From positions 62,001-126,000 of the forward strand of contig JABLTG010000024.1 in assembly GCA_016618085.1 (NCBI GenBank): 64,000 bases of DNA, in the 5' to 3' direction. This document shows, one piece after another, positions 22,325 through 35,353 of this stretch. The translations under genes and the position numbers were made by a program. How positions within the stretch are numbered: position 1 is the first letter of the stretch; each line of letters opens with the position of its first letter. Below the pieces are notes generated by a model. That model was not told where the DNA came from and made no database searches. It saw only the letters and a list, made by a program, of their open reading frames with translations. This stretch comes from Neovahlkampfia damariscottae (taxonomy: Eukaryota).

Positions 22325-25177
22325 ATGCCAAGACCCTCGTTCTATTTTAGTCACCGAGCTACTGCATATTTAATGTCAAAAAGACGACCTTCGTTCTTTG
22401 GTGGCTGGTCTTCCGTGAGAGCAAACTGGAACATCAAACAAAACATTTTTTCTCCAAAATCAAAAAAACAAGAAACTTTAACACTGGAAAAAGAAATAGA
22501 AAATCCAAAAGACATGAAAAATACAGAGAGAAACCTATCTATTACAATTAAAGATAAAGTCGTTTCCAACAAAAAAACACAAATTCAAGAAGAAGAAAGG
22601 AATACAAACAATTTGTTGAATGAAGAAAGTTCTGAGAGCTTAGAAACAAAAAAACAAACAAGAAATTCAACCAAGAGTGTAGAAGTTTTTCCGGTCATGG
22701 ATACCGTTTCAAAACTCAACAATCTTGACAAAGAGTGTCAAATTCCAAAAAGAAGAATAATTTCAGAAACTGATAAAGAAAGCAAAAGAAAATCAGGAGA
22801 GAATTTGTGTGTATTCTTCAAAGAAACTATTGAAACACCACAATATGAAAAACTAAAAAAAGAAAGATTGAGAAGAGAAAAAAATGAAAAAAACAGAAGA
22901 AAATCAAGAGAAGTTCAAACAAAAAAGATAAAAAAGTTATTGTCAGATAATTTTGAAGAACAAAAAGAAGAAAAAGAACTTGATATTTTCACCAATCAAA
23001 AGCAACTAAAATTATTTGAAAAATACGTTGAGAGCAGACAGTTGAGTGATCAATTTCTCTTTTATCAATTTTATCAAAAATACAAAAATGAAAATGATGA
23101 ATATAAGAAAGAACAACTATCCATCAAGTTATACAATGAATTCATTGATCCTTGTGGTTCAAATGCCATAACTCTGTTATCCAATGAATTGAAAAAAATT
23201 AAAAAATTTATGGAAAAAAAATCACCAAAAGGGTTCCAAATTGTTTATAGACATGTAAAAAGTAATTTTTGATGCTAATATTATTAAGGTTTATTTTGAT
23301 CTTCACACAGCAATGCAAGACTTTTTTCAACTTGAAAACTATGAAGAAACAGTTCAACAAGAAGAAAAAAATGAAATTTTTAAAATGATACCATTAACAT
23401 TTGATCAGTTATTAGAATCTAAAGAAGCCTATAAACTCTTCAGGAATTTTATAATTGACGGTTTTGGTAAAAACTATGTTGATTGCTTCGAAGAAATTAA
23501 TGATTTTTCAAGAGAATTGAAAGATCCAGGGAAGATGAAATCAAAAGCATTGAATATCATTGAACAATATTGTAAAGCAAATTCTCCAAGAATTTGTATC
23601 TTTTCACCTCAAATTCGTGAAAACATAATTGCGAAAGATAAACTCACTACCAATTGGTTTACAGTATTACGTCAACTAATTTATGATATCCTTTCAAAAG
23701 AATACTACCCAAGGTTTATGAATTCAATCATTTGGAAAGATTTTGTTCATTCAAATTTCAAAAAAGAATCAAAAGGTTTTAAATTTCATGATTTGTATAA
23801 AATAGATAAAATTAAAGAAAAAGAAGAGACTTTATCAGAATCTTATGAGATTTTTACAGTCAAAAATAAACTAACCAATGAAATTTTTTTAGGAAAGAAA
23901 ATCATCACTTCAGAGAATAATTCAAGAATCAATTCTGTTCAAGTAAGTTTAAAAATTTTCTTTTCTCATCATAAATACAGTTTTTGGATCAAGTTGCCCA
24001 TGAAAATATTATTCAACTTGTAGAATTGTTCAATGAAAAAACATCAAAAAATATGAATTCTTTGACAATCATCACAACAGAAGTTAAGGAATCTTTAGAT
24101 GACTACATAAAAGAATTGAATAAAAAACACCTTCCAGAACTTGTTTGCATCAAAATATTTATTGACATACTTTAGGAATGTGTAAATTTCATGGTTCAAA
24201 TATTAGTGGGTTTGCAACATCTTCATAAAGAAAAGAAGTATTTTGAATTTGGAGAATTAACAGAAAAGAATATACATTTATCAAATCTACTCAGTACTAT
24301 TTACATAGATCCAGGTTTCTTTCACAAAACTCCAGAAGATATTCCTGATTTTCTGGATTCTATTGAAGATGACTTAATGTCATCAGCAAGTGATATATAT
24401 CAATGTGGATTCATATTTCTTCGTTTAATTACAGTTTTAGAAGTTAATGAAATCAATGAAATTTTCAACAAAAAATTTGAAGGAAAAAGAAAAAGAAAAT
24501 CATTATTTCAAAAAAAATTTGTTCCAGATTATATTAAGAATTTCAAAGTATTATTAGAATCACAAGAAATGAAAGAAAAATATTCAAATATTGTTTTAAA
24601 TATAGTTATTCAAATGATTGATCAAGAAGCAAAAGATCGTCCTGTGATTGAAGATATCATTAGAGAATTGAAAGAAATTCAAAGACTATTAAGAAAACAA
24701 AAAAAAAGAGGATTGACAAATAAGTTTGGTTCTTTAGATTCAAATCAAAAAATACTCATCACCAATACTTCATTTCGTCCATATGTCAAAGAATTCTTGA
24801 GATTTGAGTCATCAGTTGAAAGTATTTTATTCTTTGAAGATGTTGAAGTATTTCAAAATCTATCCACCGACCAAGAAAGATTAATCAAAGCAAATGAAAT
24901 CTATTCAAATTATTTAGTTAAATCTTCTAAACTTGAAATTAATATTAGTGGAAAACAGAAAAAGAGTTTAGATGATGAATTATTAGAAGCAAGAGAATCA
25001 GGAAATATTGATTTAGATATTTTTGATGATATTGCAAGACATGTTTCAAATACAATTCTGATGGATTCATTTGATAGGTTCAAATTCCATCCAATTTATG
25101 AAGAGTTAGAGAGATTCATGTCAAACATTCCAAAAAAAATTCGTTCAAGATCAACAATCAAAAAAATCATTAAATAA
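22325..25177 (+). CDS. RGS-RGS-pseudokinase-RGS protein, paralog 1
   Basis: RGS motifs (DQFLFYQ...LYNEFIDP; FRNFI...IIEQYC; EFLRFESSVESILFFEDV...LEINISG). The kinase fold lacks HRD/DFG. Several tiny introns. Confidence 0.8.
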
Positions 25178-25183
25178 AATAAT

Positions 25184-27336
25184 TTAATTTGTAACTTTAA
25201 AAATATTTGAAGCACCAGAATAATACGTTAATTTACTGGAAGTTGCTGATTTTTTTGCATATCCAAAATGCTGAATTCTATATTCACCAATAGGAGTATA
25301 TCCATCAATTTTCCATTCAATCACAACTTTTGAATCAGGAAGAACTACATTTCTCCAAGTTCTTTTCCATCTAATAGTTGTATCATAATCAGCATCTGTC
25401 TTGACTACTTTCCATTCTTCACCTTCTTTTTTTTCAACTGTCAAATATGTTTCAACATTTTGGAAATTATTATCTAAATGTCCTGAAAAAAATTGAGTTG
25501 TGACAGTTTCACCAATTTTATAAGTTTCTTTTGGTTGTTTTTCACAAAAACCAAAACCTTTTTGAGCAGTATCATAAACTACAGGTGTAATGAATGATAA
25601 TTGTGATGATGTTAAATCTTCAGGAGGTGAACCTCCAGGAATTGGTTTTTCTTGAATCATTGAAATTAACATTTTATCTAAATTTTGAATATAAGCATTT
25701 AATGTGAATGGTCCATAAAGTGTAGATGCTCCTTCGTATCTTTGAATTTTATATTCTTCTGTTGTTGTTGTATATTGTGAATATGTATTTGACATTGTTG
25801 TCACTAACACCTTTGCATCTTTAATAAAACCTTCTTTTTCAGCTGTTTTTTTTAATGCTTCTTCAACTCTTCTTCCAGACATCATTGAAAATTCACCAGG
25901 AACATTGGCAAATAATAAAGAACCAACTTTGAATAATTGAACTGGTAAAATAGTTGGTGTCCAAGCGTATGGTCTTTTTGTACCTACATCTAAAAATATT
26001 GGTTTTGGTGAATGACATTTAATTTGTTCTTCTGTTGGTTTACTGATAAAGTTCCTTAAAATATTCCAAAATGGATTGCTTGTTCTATTGTTTCCTTGCC
26101 AAAAATTGAAGCCACCAGGACCATCTGTAGTTCCAGCAGCAAATGAATAACCTAAAGCAGCTCTACATGTTTTTTCATTTTTTCCTGTATTTGAGTATTC
26201 TGCTTCTACTACTGTATTTTCCATATTTACAAAAACATGTCTGAAATCAACAGAACCAGAAATTTTTTTTTTAGCATCTGAATATACTTTTCTTGCTGAT
26301 TCAAATTGATTGATTCCAAGTATTTTAGCTGATTCAATATCATCTTTTCCAGGTCCTAAACCGTGACAAGTATTTGAGTTTCCATTACATGTTGAGTTTT
26401 TATCACAAGGTCTTCCATTTGGACAAAAAGCACCTTTAGTATTTGGACTTATATCTCCTGAAGCTGGTTCTGGAAAAGCAGAAAGAAATTCACCTTTTCC
26501 AGCCGGTGTGTTAATTCCATTTTTAAATTTTTCAAAAAGTAAAGAAGCCCAACCTTTGTTATCAGCAGAAATTAAATAATTTGAATTTGCAACTGAAGTA
26601 GTATGCACTGAGAAATAATTAATGGATCCAAGTTCTTTTCCTTCAACATCTTCTAATCTTAAAACTGTCATGTTATCATTGGTATTTCCATCTGGATATC
26701 TATCACGTTCTTCTTTTGGATTTGCATCATAAGCAGTTGGTGAACGATTAATATTTGATCTTCTGAGTTTATCTTCTCCAATTTTGATGTATCCAGGTTT
26801 AATTGATTCATGAGCTTTTTTGATAGATTCTACAATACCTTTTACAATTTTATTGAGATTAGGTTTATAATGACCTAAAGACATGAGCTAAAAAAGAAAT
26901 TTAATTTCTTAAAAAACAAACATTATACAAAACGTAATGTGAATATCCACCAGCACCTGAATGAGTATGTTGTCCATTGATATTTACATTATCATGAGTA
27001 TATAAATTACCATAGATTTTTTTTAATTCTTTAACTACGTTTTGTTTGACACTATACATTGCTGCTTGAAGATCTGTGACCACATAAACAACTCTTTTTT
27101 TTTTGTCACCAAAAATATAAGCTCTGGAGTATAATCTTTGAAAAATACCTTGAGTACGTTGTGAAAGTTGTGCATAACCCATCATTCCAATACCTTTTTT
27201 ATTTGGTTAATGATTTTTGTTTATTTTTTTTACCTGCTGGACCTCCTGTGATATCACCTCTCCCAATTCCAATTTCATAGATCTCCTGTGAAAGGACTAG
27301 AACGAATAAAAGTGAAAAAATTGCGTAGAACTTCAT
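25184..27336 (-). CDS. Neutral ceramidase
   Basis: Signal peptide; GRGDITG, MMGYA, RLYSRAYIF, HTHSGAGGYS, NINRSPTAY, GDISPNT, GYSFAAGTTDGPG, YEGASTLYGP; two introns. Confidence 0.96.
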
Positions 27337-27677
27337 CAAATCTAATCCAATTGATTCCAATGAAATTGATTGGATGTATTTTGTCCAATTAAAAAAGAAT
27401 AATTCTTCAAATTACTCATTCAAGAAACGAAAGTGATTTTTATGTTTTGTACAACAAAATAAACATTGTAGTATTTAGTCCATAAAAATCGATTCCTGGA
27501 AATTTGCCTCGAAATGAAGCTAAGGCACTCAAATTTGATATAAAATAAGTTGAAAATTCAAGAATTTGTTCAAATTCTTTGTGGAACTTTGACAAAACAA
27601 GGTTCGTTTTCAATTGGATGGAATTGATAAAAATGATTGGTCTATTTTCGTTGAATCAAAAAAACCGTTAATACAAA

Positions 27678-28388
27678 ATGGAAGAAAAGAAAGAAGACAC
27701 AACTACCGAAAATGGAGGTACAATCAAAAGAAAAACACCAACTTCAAATGTTGTTTCCAAAAGACCAAAAATAGTTGCTTTCAGTTGTACAAGTTGCACA
27801 AAAGACTGTGGAGAGCGTCAAAGAACAAAAATTTGGAAAGGAATGTATGAAGAAGATGATAATGGAGCACCTGATCTTTGTATTGACTGTGGTGAACTTG
27901 ATTTCTGGTGTCCTGATGGATTAAGTTGTTCAAAATCAAGTGGTTGTTCTTGTGGACATCAACATTGCGAAAAATGTTTATATGGATGTGTTGGATGTCA
28001 AAAAGTAGTATGTCGTTCATGTGAAGGAGAACATTGCTCAGTATGTAAAGGTACAACTTGCAAAAAAGAAAAATGTAGAAAAGTAATTACAGAATGTTCT
28101 TCAGAAAATCATGATGGAGATTTAGGTTTTTGTGATAATTGTGCAAAAGGAAATGATTGTTCATTTTGTGGTGCTTGGTATTGTTCAGCTTGTATGCAAG
28201 GAAAAGTATGTGAAATGTGCACAGAAGATGAAGAAGTTGAAAGTGAAGAAGATTATAAAGAAGGTGAAGGTGAAGAAGAAGAAGAATATGATTCAGAAGC
28301 AGAAGAAAATGAAAATGGTTCTGGTGAAGATTATGATGATGATGAACTTGATGAAGATGAATTTGATGATGATGAAATTGACGAATAA
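27678..28388 (+). CDS. Cys-rich (multi-CxxC) zinc-binding protein with acidic tail
   Basis: Many CxxC pairs, N-terminal NLS-like KRK...KRPK, C-terminal D/E tract. Confidence 0.75.
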   Translation: MEEKKEDTTTENGGTIKRKTPTSNVVSKRPKIVAFSCTSCTKDCGERQRTKIWKGMYEEDDNGAPDLCIDCGELDFWCPDGLSCSKSSGCSCGHQHCEKCLYGCVGCQKVVCRSCEGEHCSVCKGTTCKKEKCRKVITECSSENHDGDLGFCDNCAKGNDCSFCGAWYCSACMQGKVCEMCTEDEEVESEEDYKEGEGEEEEEYDSEAEENENGSGEDYDDDELDEDEFDDDEIDE

Positions 28389-28431
28389 AAAATAACCTTT
28401 GTTTTTTTTTGTTTTTTTTGTTTTTTTGGTG

Positions 28432-29821
28432 ATGTCAGTGGAAAGTAATTCAATCATGTATATAGAACCAAATTTCAATAAAGCTCCTTCTCTGTTGAGT
28501 AAAACAAATGAGAAAGAGTTTCAGGTTCAGTTTTTTTTGTTTTTTTAAAATTTTATTTAGAAATTAAAAGATGATGATTCAAACTCTGTTAATTTTTTAA
28601 AAACATTTAAATTCTCACCTGATGGTCTTTTTATTTTGTCAAATAGTGAAGACAACATGCATAGAATATTTAACATGTTTTTTTTTTTTTTATTATTAAA
28701 GTTTTGTTAATAGAACTTCAAAACAAATTCAAGAGAAATTGCAATTGGAATCTACAATAAAAATAAACCCTTGTGGTAGAATTTATGATTTTGAATGGTT
28801 TCCATTTATGAATTATAACGGTTTGAAAAAAATTATTTTTTAATTATCTTTTATTTAGATGTTTCAACTTGTCACTTTTTAACAGCTGTTTCTAAATCAC
28901 CTATTCATTGTTTTGATGCTCTTACTGGAAAATTAAAATCTTCATATTCCGTCTTCAACAAAACAAATGAAATTCAAAATATTTTTTCAGTGTCTTACAA
29001 CAATACTGCTTCAAAGTTTTTTTTATTCTTTTCAATTAACTTATTTAAAGAATATTTTGTGGGTTAGACAAATCAATTCGAGTTTTTGATGTCAATAGAC
29101 CAGGTAGTGATTCTGTTGAAATTAGTTTAAAACAAAATCAATTTAACGAACAAAAAAGTTTAATTTCATGCATTTCATTTAATCAATTGATTACTGGGAT
29201 GTATGCAGCCGGATCTTATGATAAATCAATTGGAATATTTGATGAAAGACAACCAAAAGTTTTGAACGTTCTTCATGGACATAAAGGTGGTTTAACACAA
29301 ATTCAATTTTCAAAATCAGGATGGTATATGTTTAGTGGAGGAAGAAAAGATAATGAAATTCATTGTTGGGATTTAAGAAATCATCAAATTGTATTTTCTA
29401 TGCAAAGAAATGTTGAAACAAATCAAAAAATTGAATTTGATTTGAATTCAAAATTTTTGATTTCTGGAAGTTCCAATGGTGAAATAATAGTTTATGAACT
29501 CGAAAAATTAGGGGAGGAAATATCAAGAATAAAAACAAATTCAAGTAATTTTCATCAATTTTTCTAACAATCTCATTAGATTCAATGATTAATTGTGTTA
29601 AGTTTCACAATAGTCTACCAATTTTCGGATCATCATCAGGTCAAAGAATATTCAAATATGATCAAAAAGAAGAAAATACACAAGAATATACACCTGATAT
29701 CTCATTATGGGCAATGAACTACGAAACAGTTCAGACATCTTCATTAACCAATCAAACACAAAATACAACAATTAGTGAAACGGAAATATCAATACAAGAA
29801 GAAATTATGAATGAAGAATAA
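28432..29821 (+). CDS. WRAP53: WD40 protein, telomerase Cajal body protein 1 (WRAP53/TCAB1)-like
   Basis: NFLKTFKFSPDG, IYDFEWFPFM, PIHCFDALTG, RVFDVNRPG, GHKGGLTQ, FSGGRKD.EIHCWDLRN, RNVETNQKIEFD; multiple introns. Confidence 0.88.
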
Positions 29822-30427
29822 AATTTAATCATAATATATTGCTTTCAATTTTTTAGATTTCAAAAATCCGATCAGACTTTCTTTCAAAAATATGAAAAAT
29901 GAATTTGACAATAAAATCTTCAAAATAAATATAAATCATCAATGAGTAAATAAAGATAGTAGTACTTATCCAAAACTGTCTTGAATCAAAAATAAAATAT
30001 CCTCTTAAGATTCCAATAAAAATCAAAGAGAAGAGTGAAATCTCATGTAATGTGTTATCAGATTTCTTTGATAAGATTCTCCAGATGAGGTGAAAGATTT
30101 TTTTTTTTTTTCCAATCCAGGTACTCTTTCATCACTTTTTCATCTTCAAGATCTTCTACTTTGTAATTTCCATTGTGTTCTTCAAAAAAATTTGTGAAAT
30201 CTTCCTTCAGTTGGTTAAAGTTCATCTTCAAATTTTGGATCAGATCATTGTATTTCCGCAATCAATTGTTGCATTTCCATCCATTGAAGGTTTAATATAT
30301 TTTATATGTCTTGATTTGATCAAAACAAACAAAAAAAAAAAAGCAACAAAATTTTCATGCACTTTTTGAACTGATGAAAACAAAAAAAAATTTGATTGGA
30401 TAAACAGTTTCTCAACAAACTCCAAAT

Positions 30428-30931
30428 ATGAACTTTCAATTTGTGAATAAAAAACTAAATCAATTATTATTATTAACCAGTATATCACCTTTGATCACTG
30501 AAACTTTAAAAAACTTTCAAACTGATCCTCTGATATTGAATTTCATGGAACAACTAAAAACAAACAAACAACTTTTAAAAGTGACAGATTTAAATCCAAA
30601 TTCACTTGAACTGAAAACTCACATTTCAAAAATATCAAGAAATTCGAATAAAGCCATTGCAGAAATCATTGTGTGCGATGATGAAGCATGTTCAAAAATT
30701 ATATTTTCCGCAAAAAGACCTCACTATGTTTGGTTTTATGATGACATTGTTGTTGATTCAAATTTTTCAAATAGTAAATATTTTATTTCTAATCTCTAAA
30801 TCACTAAATTAGTCAAATTGAATCATTATGATGATGAAGAACCTAAAATCAATTTTTTTGAAAAAATATTTAAAATACTGTCACCAATATCGATTGGTAT
30901 ATTGATGTTGAGATTCAAAAAATTTAAATAA
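30428..30931 (+). CDS. Hypothetical protein with C-terminal hydrophobic tail
   Basis: Exon 1 from 30428, a GT-AG intron at ~30774-30812, and exon 2 ending at TAA 30929-30931, which overlaps the stop of the convergent gene. Confidence 0.5.
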
Positions 30932-32748
30932 ACTTCTCTTCTCTATAAAGTAAATCTTTTTCAATTTTGTAATTGTATTCAAATCTTTTATAATGGTTTT
31001 CTTCTTTTAATCTTGATAATGTATCTAATAAATTTAATTGAAGTGCTATTTGAATTTCGTCAAATAAGGAAGAATCTATTTCCGAAAATTCAATTTTTTG
31101 AAAAACTTTATATCGAAGATCTTCATCAACATTTACTTCAAAATGAGAATTTACAGCTAAATATCTATCAAAAATAATATTTGCATATTCCAATTTCTGT
31201 TTTTTTGATGAAATTTTTTTGAATTTCAATAAATCTTCATAAATGAGAATATTCTCAAGGGACCATTCTTTTCTTGAGAAATTGATAAACATTTCTTTTA
31301 ATTCTGGAATACTCATAACCCATTCAATTTCATCTTCTGATATTGCACTTCTATTTCTTGAACAAAATAGTTTTGAAATTTTTTTCAAAACTGTTATGGT
31401 CAAAATGAAGAGTATTTGAATCCAATAGAGCCAATACAATAAAACAGAATTCATATAAAAGTAAACTTCAGAGTATTCATAATAAAAATAAAAAATATTC
31501 AAACAGTAAAGAGGGATAAAAAAATTAACAAATAATAACTCAGACCTAAATAAAAAAGGATCTTTTCTGATGAAGAAATCTAATAATTGACAACGTAACC
31601 ATGTTTTAATATTTGCAATAATATCATAAAATTGAAGTAAAAAAATTGCTCCACCAATAGTAAAGTTTGAGGCGGTAAAAATCAACGAATTAGAAGTTAG
31701 TACCCTTTCAGTGCATTTCCAGTTATCATTTGATGAAACCAAAACATAAATAATAATCATTATAAAAAAATAAAAAGTAATAAAAAATAATGAAGTTGAG
31801 GTTGAAGTAAAAAAATCAAGTAATTTAAATATTTTTGAAACTTTGATTTCTTCATCTTTTCCTTGTTGTCTTTCATTGTAATAATGTTGTTTTTGTTTGT
31901 TCAAATTTACAATAATTAGATATCTAAAAAAAGTCAATGGAATCAAAATATAAGAAGATTGTAATGCGCTGTAATTGATCATCATGATAAAACAAATAAA
32001 ATAATTTCTCCACTCTAAACTTAAAAATTCTGGAAAATGAGTCATGTAATATATGAAATGAGCAATTATAGCAAATATTGGTAAAGTTCCTCTACTTTTT
32101 AATGGTTGTTCATTTTGTAATAAAAGGTATAAGATGAGCACAAAAAAATTAAAAACTAAAGAAGCAATATACACATATAAATTCATCGTTTCTGCAATAC
32201 CAGGTCTTACCACAGCACAACTAGGAAATACTAAAAGTTAAAAAAAGCAAAAAAAAATTACCATTTTCTGATAGTTTTATCTTCAACGTCCTTTGATAAT
32301 TATGTCGTGAAATGTTCTGTGGAGAAGTTGGAGTTATCAAATTATTAAAAGCAAAGAAGATATATTCATTATCAGGCATATTCCAACCATCCACTTCAAA
32401 CTGAAAAAAAATAAATTTTTGTGGTAAAAGTGAATCTAATTGTTTGAAATTTTTAAAATCAACTTCTGAAGGTTCTCTGACTTGGTAATGGTCATCAATT
32501 TGATTCATTATTAATTTAGATTCATTTTGGTAGACTAGAAACATATGAGATTCTTTTGTTGAATTTTCTGAACTCCAACCAATTGCTGTCCAACCTGTAA
32601 ATTTTGTTGGTGCTGCTATTTGAAAAACAAACACTTGTTCTTTTGTTATATTCCAGTGAAATAAAAAATCATCTCTGACAAGACAATTTGGTGGTACTGA
32701 TAAACTTGTGGTCAGTGCAAACAGCAGTACCGCAACAATTCGAAACAT
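30924..32748 (-). CDS. DOMON-like ectodomain + 7TM + RGS protein
   Basis: Signal peptide; FHWNIT...GWTAIGWS (DOMON-like); QPLKSRG and ~7 TM helices; RGS motifs FSRKEWSLENILIYED...FEVNVD...LFDEIQ..LQLNLLDTLSRL; one intron (~32222-32261). Confidence 0.82.
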
Positions 32749-32958
32749 TTTAATTGGAAGTTGTTTGATTGGTTGAAAAATAGCTAAACACTGAAAGAAC
32801 AACTAAATACAGTTTGGTTTGCGAGTTTAATAAGAATTTGCCATGCATTTAATTTCAACCTCAAATGAAACAAGTTTTCTCCGCCGAATTAAATTTTAGT
32901 GAATTTCCATTTAAGTATTTTTGATCAAGCGCAGATCAAACCAATTATTTTAAACTCA

Positions 32959-34983
32959 ATGCTAAAACTGATCCAAACCCAAAATTTTTTTATAACAAAA
33001 TTGTTTACTTCAGTAAAAAAATACAACACAGATACCAAAAAACAATTGTCTTTTCCATATGGAATTCAGAATTTTTCACAGCTCACTGAACCTGGAATTT
33101 TTGTAGTGGACAAAACAATGTTTATTCCCAAATTAGAATCAACCAATTCTGATCTTTTTGTGTTGGTCAGACCAAGAAGATTTGGAAAAACAATATTCAT
33201 TTCAATGCTTGATTATTACTACAATATTTTACATAAAGATAAGTTTCAAGATATTTTTGGTCGTCTTGAAATTGGATCAAATCCAACGGATGAAAAAAAT
33301 TCATATTTTGTCCTTTCATTATCGTTTGCAGGTATTGATTCAAAGAACTCGGAATCATTTACAAATTCTATAAATGATAGTATAAATAGTAGAATAGACC
33401 ATTTCAAGGCTCAATATGCTCAATTCTTCCAAAAAAAAGAAACTGATGAAATTAGAATAAACACCAATGATGCTGTATGTTCAATGAGATCACTTGCAAA
33501 TTTTATCAAAAGAAGATCAAAAAAGGTAAAAATAATCCTTTTCTAATTCCACTAGTTGTTTATTATTATTGATAATCATGATGCTTTGGTTGACGTAGTT
33601 TTGAATGATTTATCCAGTCAATCCTACGGTGACAGAATCTATGCATCACCCCAACCTTTGTCATTATCATTAAAATACCAAAGACAATCCGGTACTATCG
33701 ACAGAATATTTTCAATAATCAAAGAAATGAGTGGACAAGGATTTCAAAAAGTTTTTATTACTGGAACAGTACCAATTGGTTTGGAAAAATATAATATATC
33801 ATTTCACCCAGATTTTGAAAATATGATTGGAATAACTGAAAATGATATCAAAAAAGTGTTGGAATTGATAATTCCTGATGATAAATCATTGCAAGAAAAA
33901 TCAATGATAATTTTGAAGGAAAATTTTGGAGGATTTAAATTCAATGACACACAAAAAAATGAAACATATAACATAGCTTTGGTGAATTATTTTTTTAACA
34001 ATTTACAAGAGAAGAAGAAAATACCTGCCGAATTACTTGATCCAAATGTTGATCCATCAATTTTGAATGTTCTCAGGAAATTCCCAATACCAAGAGATTT
34101 TATGGATGAATTGTTTTTAAATGATTATGGAATTTATATACATGATGTTCCTGATGCAATGATTTCTATAAAAAATATGTTCCAATCATTGCAAACTGAT
34201 TCATGGTATATTCTATCATTCATGCATTATTTTGGAAATTTGACTATTGGAGAGTTGGAAAATGTGTCTACAAATAATAATCCACCCCAAACTCATTACA
34301 AAATCCCAAACAAAATGATGAAACAACAGTTACAAGCAGCCATCAAGGAATCATTTCGTTTCAACAAATACGATGTGCAGGATGATATTAAAATAGCAGT
34401 TTCCGAATTATTTCATGAGAAAGAAATTCGAAGACTTTGTGCTGTAATTACAGAGGATATGTTGAATCCAATGAAGGGAATAGAAATAGACCATCCACGT
34501 GAAAATTTGACAAAGATTGTTTGTTCTTTGGCTTTTAGTTTACTCGATTATCCTTCGATGACCGAAATTGAAGTGAAGAAATTTGATCCAGAAAATTTCA
34601 CGAGATTTGGTAATTTTTTATATAACCAAAAAGTTCATTTGGAATTTAAAAACATCGCTCCAAATAACATAATTCTACAAGATGGAAGATGCTATCAAAG
34701 GGGAGATGATATTGAGTCAGGAATTAAAATCAACAAAGAAATATATACTATGGACCCACTTGATGTATTGGAATTGAATTTGAAATTCAATATTGCCAAA
34801 GATTCAGATGAGAATTATCTATCAAAAGATTTGGAAAATATTTCTGATGTTTTGGAAAATTTGAAAATTCAAACCAGAGAAAATAAGAAATGGATCGAAA
34901 ACAAATTTAAACATTCCATTGATTCTTATTATATCCTCAGAATTGGATTGTACACTCTTAAGTTTGACAAAATAAATCTTTAA
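32959..34983 (+). CDS. Bacterial-type AAA-ATPase_like (DUF1703-associated) protein with degenerate PD-(D/E)XK-like tail
   Basis: PYGIQNF, VDKTMFI, RPRRFGKT, FIIIDNHD, KVFITG, FGGFKF, YKIPN, HLEFK; one 30-nt intron at 33526-33555. Confidence 0.85.
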
Positions 34984-35149
34984 TTTCTTCTTATTAACTT
35001 TTCAAACCAATTTGCAAAGACAACAAAAAACCGCCTCTTACTAAACCTTTCAACAAAACAGATAAATGGCAAATTATCTTTTCTTTCAATGACAGATTTT
35101 AAGATCACATAATTTTTCAAATAAAGTAACAAAAATAAAAAATTTCGGT

Positions 35150-35231
35150 CTCGAGTGCCGGGAATTGAACCCGGGTCGCAAGAGTTCTGCATTGTTGACA
35201 GTCTTGAATTCTACCACTATACCACACCCGA
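35150..35231 (-). tRNA. tRNA-Asp(GTC) with 11-nt intron, copy 3 (variant intron ACAATGCAGAA)
   Basis: Exons identical to copies 1 and 2, on the reverse strand. Confidence 0.93.
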
Positions 35232-35353
35232 TTAGTTATTTATTTGAGTCAAATCATCTATTCCAATAACAAAAATATGTGACTAGCAATGTTGTTATTT
35301 TTAGAAATCCCGTTTTAAATTCCAATTGGACAAATCTTTTTTTCAATTTTGAA

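Noticed and set aside
29830..30400. Short minus-strand ORFs (30058-30261, 30240-30488)
   Set aside because: No coherent spliced model or motif found.
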